DNA of 64,000 nt from Alphaproteobacteria bacterium (GCA_050175015.1 JBFXJJ010000001.1:224001-288000), one strand, 5' to 3'; positions 9,646-20,229 are shown, numbered from the stretch's first letter. Notes: generated by a model from the sequence alone, not told the origin. Made by a program: numbers and translations.

Positions 9646-10767
9646 CTAAATATCGCTCTTATTTTGAGATGCAATAAAAGCATTGTTTCCTGAAACTGCG
9701 GTATTGCCAGATTTACTCCAAAAGTCGATAGCTTCTTGACTGCTGTTTTTATTTAAATGTGAAGTTTTAGCCGCTTCCAGCGTATTTTCTTTAACGTTTA
9801 AAGCCATAGCTTGAGGCATATAGATTTTATTTAATTGTTTTTGCTTATTAAAATCAAAAACTTTATCTTTTATTTTTTGATCAAGGGCAAAAGTTTTTTC
9901 CTTGTTATTCTCAATAGCAAAAGTTTTTTCTTCTTTAGCCAAACTAAATAATTTAGATTTTTCTTCACTTGTTTCATCAACAGTATCAGAAGATTTATCA
10001 TTATTCTTAGGATTTGAAGTATTATAAGCTGTTGGGATAGTGTAAATAGTGTCAGTCGTAATCTCTGGAGAGGCATCTTTTTCATTTATGTTATTTTGGC
10101 TTATATGGCTTTTACGATAGGCATCATAAATATCGTTTGTGGTGCCAATTTTATCTGAATAGTCATAAGAATTGCTTTCAAATAAGCCATCATTAGAAGC
10201 GGTTTGAATTTCATTATTAGCATCAAAGGTATCGGTATTTTTATAATTGGACTGGTTTTGCTGCTCGTTAAGAGCGTAAAGCATAGCTTGATAGCCTTTA
10301 TCATTTTTATTCAAAGTAACTCTATCATAACTGCTGTATAAATCTTCTTTCTGAGCGTAGGTTTGCTCGTTATTGGCATTATTATGGTCTTGATTATAGG
10401 TCGCCATAGCGATGGCGTGTTCACCCATATCTTTGCCGCTGACAGTCTTAAGGGCAGACTCTGCCGCTCCGACAAAGGCTCCTAAAGCACCGCCATATAA
10501 TCCCCCGCCAGCAATTCGGGCAACGGTACCAATTTCATCACCGGTTACTTTGCGGTAAACAGATGATATTACAGGTATATGCTGCAAAGGATTTACAATG
10601 TCGATTAAGTCCCTGAAACCAAAACCAGAGGTTTCTTCAGTCGTTGTCTCGGGATTACTTGGGGTTGATAGAAGTTCTAGTCTTTTTTGATATGTTGTTT
10701 GCGTAGCGGCATCATCATAGCTGCTGCTGGAAATAAAGTTTGGATAATTATCAGAACTTATACGCAT
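9646..10767 (-). CDS. Conserved hypothetical protein (FxDLIDIVNPLQHIPVISxxYR motif) with low-complexity C-terminal half
   Basis: 373-aa ORF. N-terminal DLIDIVNPLQHIPVISSVYRKVTGDEIG...GGGLYGG block is recognisable from proteobacterial hypothetical proteins. Confidence 0.7.
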   Translation of the reverse strand: MRISSDNYPNFISSSSYDDAATQTTYQKRLELLSTPSNPETTTEETSGFGFRDLIDIVNPLQHIPVISSVYRKVTGDEIGTVARIAGGGLYGGALGAFVGAAESALKTVSGKDMGEHAIAMATYNQDHNNANNEQTYAQKEDLYSSYDRVTLNKNDKGYQAMLYALNEQQNQSNYKNTDTFDANNEIQTASNDGLFESNSYDYSDKIGTTNDIYDAYRKSHISQNNINEKDASPEITTDTIYTIPTAYNTSNPKNNDKSSDTVDETSEEKSKLFSLAKEEKTFAIENNKEKTFALDQKIKDKVFDFNKQKQLNKIYMPQAMALNVKENTLEAAKTSHLNKNSSQEAIDFWSKSGNTAVSGNNAFIASQNKSDI

Positions 10768-10823
10768 AACAAATTAAACCTGTTATAATAAAATCATATT
10801 TTAACTATATTAATGCAAGAATT

Positions 10824-11543
10824 ATGCCACTTAGAACCAGTAAATATAAAATATTGTTTGTCAGTCGAGATGATTTTCTGAAAACCGCACTTTCAGAGCA
10901 GTTTTTGCAGCAATTTGATTATGAAAAACTGAGTTTTGCAGCCAATGACGACGCTTTAGAAATCATATCTCAAGATCATTTTGATGGTTTTATAATCGAT
11001 TTAGAAAATTTAGATAAAGATATTTTTGTAAGCAAACTATCAGAAGAAGATCAAAAAAAGCCTATGTTCTTTTTAATGGGTAACAATTCCAGCGGCAATA
11101 TAGCCAGCAGTTTACTATCAGATGCTCAAGATGATAGTAACTATATAAGGCATATTATTTATCGTCCTTTCGAGCTTGAAGATTTTTTTGATATTTTGAA
11201 AACTAGCCTTAATAAATATGAGAAAGGTGCAGGTTCTATCGTTAAAATTGGTGAATTTCGCCTTGATCAAGGACAGAGGCAGCTTACAGATGATAAAGGT
11301 GAGATTATTACTAAATTAACGGAAAAAGAAGTCGATATTCTTCGCCATCTGTTTAAAAATAAGAATTTACCAATAAAAAAAGAAAAGCTTTTAGAGCAGG
11401 TTTGGGGGTATAGTCCCGAAATGGATACCCATACCCTAGAAACCCATATTTATCGTCTACGCCAAAAAATAAAAGATATGGCTAAATATCTTATTACCGA
11501 TGATAAGGGATACAGCATCACTATTGATGATGAACAGTGTTAA
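10824..11543 (+). CDS. OmpR-family response regulator (degenerate receiver + winged-helix DNA-binding domain)
   Basis: C-terminal LTEKEVDIL...LLEQVWGY...THTLETHIYRLRQKI. Confidence 0.85.
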   Translation: MPLRTSKYKILFVSRDDFLKTALSEQFLQQFDYEKLSFAANDDALEIISQDHFDGFIIDLENLDKDIFVSKLSEEDQKKPMFFLMGNNSSGNIASSLLSDAQDDSNYIRHIIYRPFELEDFFDILKTSLNKYEKGAGSIVKIGEFRLDQGQRQLTDDKGEIITKLTEKEVDILRHLFKNKNLPIKKEKLLEQVWGYSPEMDTHTLETHIYRLRQKIKDMAKYLITDDKGYSITIDDEQC

Positions 11544-11654
11544 CTAAGCCGAATTGCTCCATCTTAATCATAAATAACCCGTAAACATAGTTCATATAGT
11601 CAAAAATGTGGTTAAAATATCAATCAAAAAAATCGATATTAAAAGTAAAATACA

Positions 11655-12467
11655 CTATAAAGCAATGTTGAGCATCACAGGTACGTGATCTGATGGTCTT
11701 TCAAAGTCTCGTGTGTCTTTAAAAATTTTAAGATTAGTTAAATTAGGCTTCATATCCGGTGTTGCAATAATGTGATCCAATCTTCTGCCCTTATCAACTT
11801 CAGACCATTTAGGAGATCGATAACTCCACCAAGTGTAAACTCGTTCCGTTTCAGGAATAAAATGTCTAATGGCGTCAATAAAGTCGCCGCTCTCAAGAAA
11901 TGTATTAAAACGGGAAACCTCATCAGGAGTATGAGAGACGGTTTGTAGCATTTTTTCGTGGTTCCAAACATCATATTCCAAAGGGGCTACATTTAAATCA
12001 CCTAAAATAATAGTTTTTTCTAGGTTTTGTTTTTGGTTTTTACGAAGAAAAAAACTTGCCATTTCTTCAATAAACATCAATTTATGAAGAAATTTATCGT
12101 TAGTTTCAATATTAGGTTCATAGCCGCCAGCAGGAACATAAAAATTATGGATGATAATATCATTAATCTGAACTGCGATATGACGACTGTCGTCCTTACC
12201 GCAAAAGTCGACTTTTTGAATCTCATTAAACGGGTATTTTGAAAGAATGGCAACTCCGTTGTAACCGCTGTTGCCTCTAGCGGCAATATGCTTAAAGCCC
12301 ATATTTTTACACTTGTCATAAGGAAAAGCGTAGTTTTTTACTTTAGTTTCCTGCAAGCAAACAACATCAGGATTAAGAACCGAACAGACCTGTTCTAATT
12401 GCTCAATGCGAACTCTTATGGAATTGACATTCCACGTCAAGATATTAAGACTTTTAGGTTTTTTCAT
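11655..12467 (-). CDS. xth: Exodeoxyribonuclease III (AP endonuclease)
   Basis: TWNVNSIR, CLQETK, GDLNVAP, YTWWSYR, RRLDH and SDHVP motifs. Confidence 0.95.
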   Translation of the reverse strand: MKKPKSLNILTWNVNSIRVRIEQLEQVCSVLNPDVVCLQETKVKNYAFPYDKCKNMGFKHIAARGNSGYNGVAILSKYPFNEIQKVDFCGKDDSRHIAVQINDIIIHNFYVPAGGYEPNIETNDKFLHKLMFIEEMASFFLRKNQKQNLEKTIILGDLNVAPLEYDVWNHEKMLQTVSHTPDEVSRFNTFLESGDFIDAIRHFIPETERVYTWWSYRSPKWSEVDKGRRLDHIIATPDMKPNLTNLKIFKDTRDFERPSDHVPVMLNIAL

Positions 12468-12476
12468 ATCTATGCC

Positions 12477-13169
12477 TTATCTTCTATCCTTAAGCGGATT
12501 AGGGCGTCTTGGATCAACAAACTTGAATAAGCTGCTGTCCAAATTAATTCCTTTTTCAACATTATATAAGGAAATAACCGTTGTAATGCTATGAGCATCA
12601 AGGACACGCCATTGTTTAAGGGCTAAAGGTTCTTTAGAAAAAATTAAAGTTACCTCTGCTGAAGTGTCATTTTGATAATTTAAGGTTATTTCGATAGTAT
12701 TGGAATAAGTTACGACATCTTTAACAGAAACATAATCATCATTGAAAGCTATTTTATCTTTAAGCAAGATACCAGCTGGAGAGGTCTCAAGATTCATATA
12801 AGTAATTTGTTCCAAAGAAATGTCGTGATAAACTAAAAAACGTCCGTCGGCTACGATTTCGACATTCATAGGCTCTTTATAATCAATTCGCATTTTTCCT
12901 GGACGGTTTAAATAAAAAACGCCGTCACAGCTTGAGCCATTGCTTGAGTTTTGGGCAAAATCAGCCTTAATGGTAGTCAGGGAATTAAGATATTGTTCAA
13001 TTTGAATTAATAATTTTGCTTTTTCTTGAATTGTAAGATTTTTTTCTGAAGTATTATCAAGCGTAGCCGAAGCTTTAGCAGGCTCTTCTTTAGTGTTTGT
13101 TTGAGCTGTTGCCTGATTGCAAAGAGCCAAAATAAGACAGCTTATAAGTATAATTGCATTTATTTTCAT
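12477..13169 (-). CDS. lolA: Outer-membrane lipoprotein carrier protein LolA
   Basis: Signal peptide; ADFAQ...G.FYLNRPGKMRIDY; ftsK-lolA-xth synteny. Confidence 0.85.
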   Translation of the reverse strand: MKINAIILISCLILALCNQATAQTNTKEEPAKASATLDNTSEKNLTIQEKAKLLIQIEQYLNSLTTIKADFAQNSSNGSSCDGVFYLNRPGKMRIDYKEPMNVEIVADGRFLVYHDISLEQITYMNLETSPAGILLKDKIAFNDDYVSVKDVVTYSNTIEITLNYQNDTSAEVTLIFSKEPLALKQWRVLDAHSITTVISLYNVEKGINLDSSLFKFVDPRRPNPLKDRR

Positions 13170-13264
13170 ATAAAAAACCTAATGACATTAATTCATAGTT
13201 AATGCAGTTATAACTTAGATAATCTATTTCGTCAAAAAAGCTTTTTTATTTTTTGATAACTTTT

Positions 13265-15631
13265 TTAATAATTGTCTTGTTCAGGCACAAGAATTTCACG
13301 TTTGCCAACGTGGTTAGCAGGGCTTATTAATCCTTCGCTTTCCATACGCTCCACTAATTCCGCGGCACGATTATAGCCTATTCTTAAGCGTCTTTGAATA
13401 TAACTTGTGGAAACTTTGCGATCATTTAAAACAATCGCTACAGCCTGATCATACAGGTCATTGCCGTTGCCGCCATTATCAGATGCTAAATTCATTGCCT
13501 TTTCGTAATCACTTGGTTGCTGGTTATCTTCGACGACAGCACTAATATATTCGGGCTGAGCTTGTTCTTTTAGATAATTAATAACCGCATCTCGTTCTTT
13601 ATCGTCAACAAAAGGTCCGTGAATTCTTATCGGACGCATTCCCGATGGCATATAAAGCATATCTCCTCGTCCTAGCAGTTGTTCGGCTCCTTGCTCACCA
13701 AGAATGGTGCGGCTGTCGATACGGGAGGTTACATTAAAGCTGATTCTGGTTGGAAAGTTTGCTTTAATTGTGCCTGTAATAACATCAACTGAAGGTCTTT
13801 GTGTTGCCATAATTATATGAATGCCTGCCGCTCTAGCCATTTGGGCTAAACGCTGAATAGTAGCTTCGACATCTTTTCCTGCCACCATCATTAAGTCCGC
13901 CATTTCATCAACAATAACAACAATATAAGGGAAAAATGATAAATCTAGTTCTTGTTCTTCATAAACAGGTTTTCCGGTTTCGGCGTCAAACCCTGTTTGG
14001 ACAGTTCTTAAGATTTTTTCATTATTTTTAAGAGTATCTTTTAGTTTGGCATTGTAAGTTTCGATATTGCGGACACTGAGAATGGACATAGCTTTATAGC
14101 GGTCTTCCATTTCTCTAACCGCCCATTTTAAGGCAACAACCGCTTTAGATGGGTCGGTAACAACTGGAGTTAAAAGATGAGGAATGCCGTTATAAGGGGT
14201 AAATTCGAGCATTTTAGGATCAATCATAATGAGGCGGCACTCTTCAGGCGATAACCTGAAGAGCAAAGAAAGAATCATAGAATTAACGGCTACGGATTTA
14301 CCAGAACCTGTCGTTCCTGCAATTAAAAGATGAGGCATTTTTGCAAGGTCGGCAAAAATATTTTTGCCTCCAATGTCTTTGCCTAAGACAAGGTTTAATG
14401 GGTTTTTACTGGTTAAAGCTTCTTTGGAAGACAAAAGATCTTTTAAGAAAACGGTTTTTCTTTTTTCATTTGGAAGTTCAATGCCGATAGTATTGCTGCC
14501 GACAACAACAGCGATACGCACTGAAATAGCACTCATCGAGCGGGCAATATCATCAGCTAATCCGACCACTCTTGAGGTCTTGGTGCCGGGAGCTGGGTCT
14601 AATTCGTAAAGCGTAACAACAGGCCCCGGTCTTATTTTAACAATTTCGCCCTTTATGCCGAATTCATTTAAGATTTTCTCAAGTTGTCTGGCTATGGCGT
14701 TTAATTCATCATCTGATAAATCACAAATATTTTTGTTGGAATCATTGGAAGATAATAAGTTTAAATTGGGCAGAATATAGCTGTCAGACTTTACTAAGTC
14801 AGATTTTGATCTGGTTGCGTTATTCGTTGTTTCTTTAGAAGATCTTTCAACAAGATATTGGTCGTTATTTTCCGAAGCATCAAAATTGGGTTCTTTCTTT
14901 TCTTTTTTAGGCTTTGTTTTTATAATTTTAGTATCGTTTTGGTAATCTTCGTTTTCGCTTATAGTTTCATCAATATCATAAGCTTCTAATTCAGAGCTAT
15001 GGTTAGGATAAAAAATCCCTTTAATATTATTTTTAAGATTAATAATTTTTATTATAAAACGATTGAATATTCTAAGGTTGATAGCAAAGCTGATTGAGAA
15101 AAATAAAATTGCAGTAAAGCCAAAAAATAAAGTTGTGAGCCAAGTCAAATATTGCGGCAGGTTTAAAAAAGGAATTATTTTCAAGCTGCGGATATGGATT
15201 AAATAACCAATAGCTCCGCCTAGTCCTGACATTACGGGCCAAGCATTGCCTTGATTAAATCCAGCGAAGAACGAACTTGCTAAAACAGTTGTTAAAACCA
15301 TAGCAAAAGTTTTTATAAAAAAATGATTTACTTTAGAATTTTTTATTAAGAAAAGGCTGGTTTCAATGAGAAATAAGCAAGGCAGAAAGGCCGCTATTCC
15401 AAAAATCTGAAACAGTAAATCAGAAATATAAGAGCCATAAAGCCCCATAATATTTAAAGCTATACTTGAACTTGCAGTGTTAAAAGATGGGTCTGTTGCT
15501 CGAAAAGAAAACAGAGAAATTATAGCTGATATGCTTATAATCAAAACAATTATTCCGATGAATTTTATCGAGAACTGTTTCAAAAATATCGTAACTTCAG
15601 GTGGTAATAATGGTTTTTTATTTGCTGACAT
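13265..15631 (-). CDS. ftsK: DNA translocase FtsK
   Basis: N-terminal TM segments, Walker A GTTGSGKS, IVDEMADLM, ATQRPSVD and gamma domain STSYIQRRLRIGYNRAA. Confidence 0.97.
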   Translation of the reverse strand: MSANKKPLLPPEVTIFLKQFSIKFIGIIVLIISISAIISLFSFRATDPSFNTASSSIALNIMGLYGSYISDLLFQIFGIAAFLPCLFLIETSLFLIKNSKVNHFFIKTFAMVLTTVLASSFFAGFNQGNAWPVMSGLGGAIGYLIHIRSLKIIPFLNLPQYLTWLTTLFFGFTAILFFSISFAINLRIFNRFIIKIINLKNNIKGIFYPNHSSELEAYDIDETISENEDYQNDTKIIKTKPKKEKKEPNFDASENNDQYLVERSSKETTNNATRSKSDLVKSDSYILPNLNLLSSNDSNKNICDLSDDELNAIARQLEKILNEFGIKGEIVKIRPGPVVTLYELDPAPGTKTSRVVGLADDIARSMSAISVRIAVVVGSNTIGIELPNEKRKTVFLKDLLSSKEALTSKNPLNLVLGKDIGGKNIFADLAKMPHLLIAGTTGSGKSVAVNSMILSLLFRLSPEECRLIMIDPKMLEFTPYNGIPHLLTPVVTDPSKAVVALKWAVREMEDRYKAMSILSVRNIETYNAKLKDTLKNNEKILRTVQTGFDAETGKPVYEEQELDLSFFPYIVVIVDEMADLMMVAGKDVEATIQRLAQMARAAGIHIIMATQRPSVDVITGTIKANFPTRISFNVTSRIDSRTILGEQGAEQLLGRGDMLYMPSGMRPIRIHGPFVDDKERDAVINYLKEQAQPEYISAVVEDNQQPSDYEKAMNLASDNGGNGNDLYDQAVAIVLNDRKVSTSYIQRRLRIGYNRAAELVERMESEGLISPANHVGKREILVPEQDNY

Positions 15632-15728
15632 TTTGCTATTATAACGTTAAAATTTTGACTAATTTTTGTATTAAGCAAGATTTTAAATGACAAATCTTGC
15701 AATATTATTAACAAAGGAGAGTTTTTTC

Positions 15729-16670
15729 ATGTCCTTATGGCATTTTGCAGTAGGTAATAAAAAATTTGGTCCGATGGGTCAAGACGATGCAATCCGCTTT
15801 GCAATTACTAACCCTGAAGCATTAGCCTGGTCGCCTGGTATGACAGACTGGGTCAAAGTTAAGAGGATTAGAGAATTTTCTCAAGTGGGTCAGAAAACAC
15901 CATTTTTAAATCAAGATGATAATATTTGTGATGAAATAGATTATCAAATTGTCGGTAATGATATTCAGTTTGTTGAAATAGAGCTAGATACTCACGAAAC
16001 AGCAATCGCAGAAGCTGGAGCTATGATGTATAAAGACGATACGGTTGAAATGCGCACTCTTTTGGGCGATGGTTCTCGAAGCGGAGTTGTTAATAAGCTT
16101 ATCTCTATTGGACGCAGGGTTATTACAGGCGAGGGAATGTTTATAACAGCTTTTACACATAAGGGGGTAGGTAAGGGCAAGGTTGCTTTTGCCGCACCAT
16201 ATCCAGGACATATTATTCCCATTTCTTTGCCATCAGTTGGAGGCAAAATAATTTGTCAAAAAGATGCTTTTTTGTGCGCAGCTCGAGGAGTATCAATTAA
16301 CGTCTATTTTCAGAAAAAAGTAATGACGGCTTTGTTCGGCGGTCAGGGCTTTGTGATGCAAAAACTAGAAGGTGATGGTATGGTTTTTGTTCATGCCGGC
16401 GGAGCAATTCACGATATTACTTTAGAAATAGGCGAAGGACTCCATATTGATACAGGTTGTTTGGTTGCATTAGAGGAATCCGTAGACTTTAGCGTCGAAA
16501 CCGTTGGGGGAATAAAATCGCAGTTATTTGGAGGGGAAGGGGTCTTTGTTACGCACCTTAAAGGACCAGGCAGAGTATGGCTGCAATCAATGCCTTTCTC
16601 AAGATTTGCGGGTCGAATGTGGACATCATTATCTCCTTTTGTCAGCCGTAAGAGAATGGGCATATTTTAG
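15729..16670 (+). CDS. TIGR00266/AIM24-family protein with N-terminal GYF_2-like domain
   Basis: W...KFGP...LAWSPGMTDW N-terminus; AEAGAMMY, CQKDAFLCA and GPGRVWLQSMPFSR motifs. ATG at 15729 follows AAGGAG. Confidence 0.85.
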   Translation: MSLWHFAVGNKKFGPMGQDDAIRFAITNPEALAWSPGMTDWVKVKRIREFSQVGQKTPFLNQDDNICDEIDYQIVGNDIQFVEIELDTHETAIAEAGAMMYKDDTVEMRTLLGDGSRSGVVNKLISIGRRVITGEGMFITAFTHKGVGKGKVAFAAPYPGHIIPISLPSVGGKIICQKDAFLCAARGVSINVYFQKKVMTALFGGQGFVMQKLEGDGMVFVHAGGAIHDITLEIGEGLHIDTGCLVALEESVDFSVETVGGIKSQLFGGEGVFVTHLKGPGRVWLQSMPFSRFAGRMWTSLSPFVSRKRMGIF

Positions 16671-16794
16671 CTTATAGACAAAATAGTATAATTTTTAGCT
16701 AATTTTATGTAAATTATTCTGGACAATAAAAGATAATTATAATAGAATTCTTCCTAGGTTATTAATCTTGTAATTATTGTCGTGGAGAAAAGGT

Positions 16795-19479
16795 ATGAAC
16801 AGTAATATTATTATTCAATTAGCAGACATTTTTGGTGTTGAACTTCGTGCAACGGAACAAGAAAAGTTTACAATGCTTCAGAAGATGGAAATATTGCCAC
16901 CGCAGGGAAATATGTCAGATGCTGAGTATGATAATATTCTTAACCAGACATTAAAGAATAAGCTTGATTCTGATTACTTGGCAGTTATGAAACCTGTAAC
17001 GGTTACACGCGAAAATCGCCAAAATCAAATAGAATTATCCATACCTGTTAACCGCACCAACGAATCAATTAATTGGAGAATAGAGCAAGAAGACGGCAAA
17101 GTAATGGAAGGCTCAAGTCCTATTTCCGAAATGCAGCCTGTGCTTAAATATGGTCAGCCACAAACTCACGAAGTTAATGGAGTCGTTTATCAGAAATTTG
17201 CTTTTGAAAAACCTCAAGGTGTAGATGTCGGTTACCATAATATCACCATCGCAACTCCAGATGGTCGTCAGCAAAAGTCAAACTTGTTCCATTGTCCACA
17301 ACAATGTTATGTTCCACCAGTAATTGAAAATGGTGGAAAAATTTGGGGTATGCCTGTTCAGGCTTATCAATTACGCAGTCCTTCAGACCAAGGCGGCGGC
17401 GGCGATTTTTCAAGCATTGATGAAATGGCTCATAATATTGGTACCCAGGGCGGCGCTTTAATTGGTTTGCCTCCAATGCACGCTATGTTCTCTGAACGTC
17501 CTGAAGACGCCAGCCCATATGCTCCTAGCAGCCGTGAATTCTTTAACTATCTTTACAGCGATGTTACCGCTATTCCTGAATTTAATAACAGCAAACGTGT
17601 TCAGGACATCTATGACTCCCCAGAGTTCACTACTCAACGTCGTAGATTACAACGAAGAATGTGGGTTGATTACGCCGATGTTAAAGATCTTAAACAACAA
17701 ATTTTAAACGAATGCTTTGAAGAATTTAAAAATAATGAACTTGGTAAAGGAACGGAAAGAGATAAAGAATATCAAAAGTTCTGTTCTCAATGGAATGATA
17801 AAGATGATGGTAGCTTATATAACTTTGCAACTTTCCAAGCTCTCTCCGAATATTTCTGTTCTAAAGAGTGGACAGACAAAGGTAATCCAAAATTAGAATA
17901 TATGTCCGATTGGCCAGAAGCCTATCAAGATATGCACACCAAAGAAGTAGAACAATTCAAAAAAACCCACGCCGATCGTATCGATTTCTATAAATACACC
18001 CAGTTTGAAGCTGACAGACAACTTGCTAATGTTAAGGAAACCTGTAAAAAATCAGGTATGACGGTTGGCGTTTATACCGATATTGCGGTTGGTTCTTCAC
18101 CAACTGGTTTTGAAGCTTGGGCTAGAAAAGATGATTATATGAAAGCATCAGCTGGTGCTGCTCCTGACGGTCTTAGCATTACGGGTCAAAATTGGCACTT
18201 AATGGGCTTTAAACCTCACAAATTGGTTGAAAAATCATATTCTCAGTTTGTTGGTATGCTTAGAGCAAATATGAAACACGCTGGTTGCGCTCGTTTAGAT
18301 CACGTTTTACAGCTTAGCCGTCTTTATATGATTCCAGACGGTAGTCAGAACCGCGGCGGAACTTTCGTTTATTATCCAACCGATGATTTAATGTCGTTGG
18401 TTGCTCTTGAAAGCCATCGTAATAAAACTATGTTTATTGGTGAAGATATTGGTCAGTGTCCTGATGGTTTCAGAGAAAAAATGGCAGACTATGGTATTCA
18501 CCGTTATGGCGTGCTTTGGTTTGAAAGAGAATGGGGTTTCCAAAACGGTGATTTCAGTCCTCAAGCTAACCGCATTAAAGATCCTTCTGAATTTCCAACG
18601 ATTTCAGCTTGTGCATTATCAACACATGATACACCTCCAGCAGAAGGTCAGAATACTGGCGAATATGTATGGCAAAAAGATGCTTGGGGTTGTTATGAAA
18701 ATGATCAGCAAAGACAACTGGAAATTAATCAGTACAAAACTTTTAGAGCAGCAATTAACGATGCTTTAGAAAGAACAGGTTGTTATGCTCAAGTTGGTGG
18801 TCAGAGAGCTGAGAGATCTTTTGAGGAACCTTTTGATATTAATAAACAGAAGCATATTCAGGCTGAAGTTGCTTATCTTGCTAAAAGTAATTCTAATATT
18901 GTGTTGATTCCTCCTTCAGATGTTACAGGAATCACAGCTCAGCACAATATTCCTGGCACAGGTGAAACTCAGTCATTCCTTGATCCTGAAAATATGAATA
19001 ATAGTGAATATAAAAAGGATTATGAAAGAGAAGATTCTGGTCCAAACTGGAGAAGAAAAGAAGTATTCAAAACACACGAACTTAATAATATTGAATTGTT
19101 CAATGAATGCGCTAAGATTTTAAGAGATAGTGGTAGAGGCAATCCTGAAGCTGCTTTAGATTATGAATATAAGAGACCAGGAAGAAACGAGCATTTAGCA
19201 ACTCAAAATAGCAATGAAAACAAAAAAGCTTTCTTTGAAACAGCGAGATATTATGAACAGAGAGGTGAAGAAAGTATCAGAGCTATGTATGGTCAAGAAT
19301 ATCAAGATAACTTAAAGAAACTTAACGATGGTATGAAAAACCAGACCGAAGAAAAACGTAGAAAAATTGAAGAATGGAAAAAATTAAGCTTACAACAGCA
19401 ACAACAACCGCAACAAGCGAAAAGACCAGTTGTTAATGCTACAGTAAAACAGGCTTTAATGGGCAGAAGTCCAAGGTAG
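16795..19479 (+). CDS. malQ: 4-alpha-glucanotransferase (amylomaltase, GH77) with long C-terminal extension
   Basis: WG..VQ.YQLRS, GDFS, SPYAPSSR, DIAVG, RLDH, GEDIG, THDT and NIPGT...PNWRRK motifs. ATG at 16795 follows GGAG/AAGG. Confidence 0.88.
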   Translation: MNSNIIIQLADIFGVELRATEQEKFTMLQKMEILPPQGNMSDAEYDNILNQTLKNKLDSDYLAVMKPVTVTRENRQNQIELSIPVNRTNESINWRIEQEDGKVMEGSSPISEMQPVLKYGQPQTHEVNGVVYQKFAFEKPQGVDVGYHNITIATPDGRQQKSNLFHCPQQCYVPPVIENGGKIWGMPVQAYQLRSPSDQGGGGDFSSIDEMAHNIGTQGGALIGLPPMHAMFSERPEDASPYAPSSREFFNYLYSDVTAIPEFNNSKRVQDIYDSPEFTTQRRRLQRRMWVDYADVKDLKQQILNECFEEFKNNELGKGTERDKEYQKFCSQWNDKDDGSLYNFATFQALSEYFCSKEWTDKGNPKLEYMSDWPEAYQDMHTKEVEQFKKTHADRIDFYKYTQFEADRQLANVKETCKKSGMTVGVYTDIAVGSSPTGFEAWARKDDYMKASAGAAPDGLSITGQNWHLMGFKPHKLVEKSYSQFVGMLRANMKHAGCARLDHVLQLSRLYMIPDGSQNRGGTFVYYPTDDLMSLVALESHRNKTMFIGEDIGQCPDGFREKMADYGIHRYGVLWFEREWGFQNGDFSPQANRIKDPSEFPTISACALSTHDTPPAEGQNTGEYVWQKDAWGCYENDQQRQLEINQYKTFRAAINDALERTGCYAQVGGQRAERSFEEPFDINKQKHIQAEVAYLAKSNSNIVLIPPSDVTGITAQHNIPGTGETQSFLDPENMNNSEYKKDYEREDSGPNWRRKEVFKTHELNNIELFNECAKILRDSGRGNPEAALDYEYKRPGRNEHLATQNSNENKKAFFETARYYEQRGEESIRAMYGQEYQDNLKKLNDGMKNQTEEKRRKIEEWKKLSLQQQQQPQQAKRPVVNATVKQALMGRSPR

Positions 19480-19500
19480 TTTTTCTTAGAGTTTAAGTTA

Positions 19501-19533
19501 AAAAACCCTGTTAAATTATCAGCAGGGTTTTTT
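19501..19533 (+). terminator. Rho-independent terminator after malQ
   Basis: aaaaaccctg...cagggttttttt. Confidence 0.8.
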
Positions 19534-19561
19534 ATTGTTATACGGTTTAGAATTAAATCAA

Positions 19562-19846
19562 TTAGAGCATTGTGTATTTAATTGTACGCACCTTTTTATT
19601 TTGCCTTACGGCAAGCCTTAGGCGGGCAGTTTTTGCTTTTATAAAAGCAAAGGCAAAACTTTTATTATTCTTAACTATTTTTGTAAACAAAGATTTGAAA
19701 GTAATAAAAATAGTTTTTTGAGATTGCTAAGGATTTTTTTACAAAAAAATCTTAGTTTGCGTAAGCAAATTAATCATAAATTTTTGTTTTGCTTGACGGC
19801 AAGCCAGCAGGCGGCGTTACTTTTGTAAAAGTAAAATAAAACTTTT
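19562..19846 (-). repeat. Cluster of intergenic repeat modules (C end rc, A rc, B, A rc)
   Basis: 19562-19589 (ttagagcattgtgtatttaattgtacgc) resembles the reverse complement of 8355-8382. 19599-19663 is A(rc). 19728-19846 is colinear with 9368-9478. Confidence 0.75.
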
Positions 19847-20229
19847 TATAATTTTACGGGCGAACATATTTCAATAATATAGCCATTAGGGTCGCAGACA
19901 TAAGAGGTGGTTTGTCCCCAAGCTTCTTCTTTAACATCTTGAATAATAGTTGCTCCTGCCTGAACAGCAGTTTTTAAAGCAGATGCGACATCATCAGTTT
20001 CAAAAGCAATTTCAAATACGGGTGATTTAGGATTTGGTTTTCCTGGATATTTATCTAATTTGTTCATTAGGGATATTGAAGAAAACGCAAGCGTTGTATT
20101 TCCTGTTTCCAGCTCACCAAAGTCGCCACTTTCGTGAATAAATTTGATTTTTAACCCGAAGGCTTTGCAAAAGAAATCCATTGTAGCTTTTACATTTTCT
20201 ACATAAAGAATAGAATATTTAAATTTCAT
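19846..20229 (-). CDS. VOC/glyoxalase-family protein
   Basis: ILYVENV...FEIAFETDDV...WGQTTSYVCDPNGYIIEIC. Confidence 0.9.
   Translation of the reverse strand: MKFKYSILYVENVKATMDFFCKAFGLKIKFIHESGDFGELETGNTTLAFSSISLMNKLDKYPGKPNPKSPVFEIAFETDDVASALKTAVQAGATIIQDVKEEAWGQTTSYVCDPNGYIIEICSPVKL

Noticed and set aside
16719-16750. Shared TGGACAA upstream of malQ and of the 59587 gene as a common effector promoter
   Set aside because: It resembles an ordinary sigma70 -35 element, and downstream spacing is not conserved between the two.
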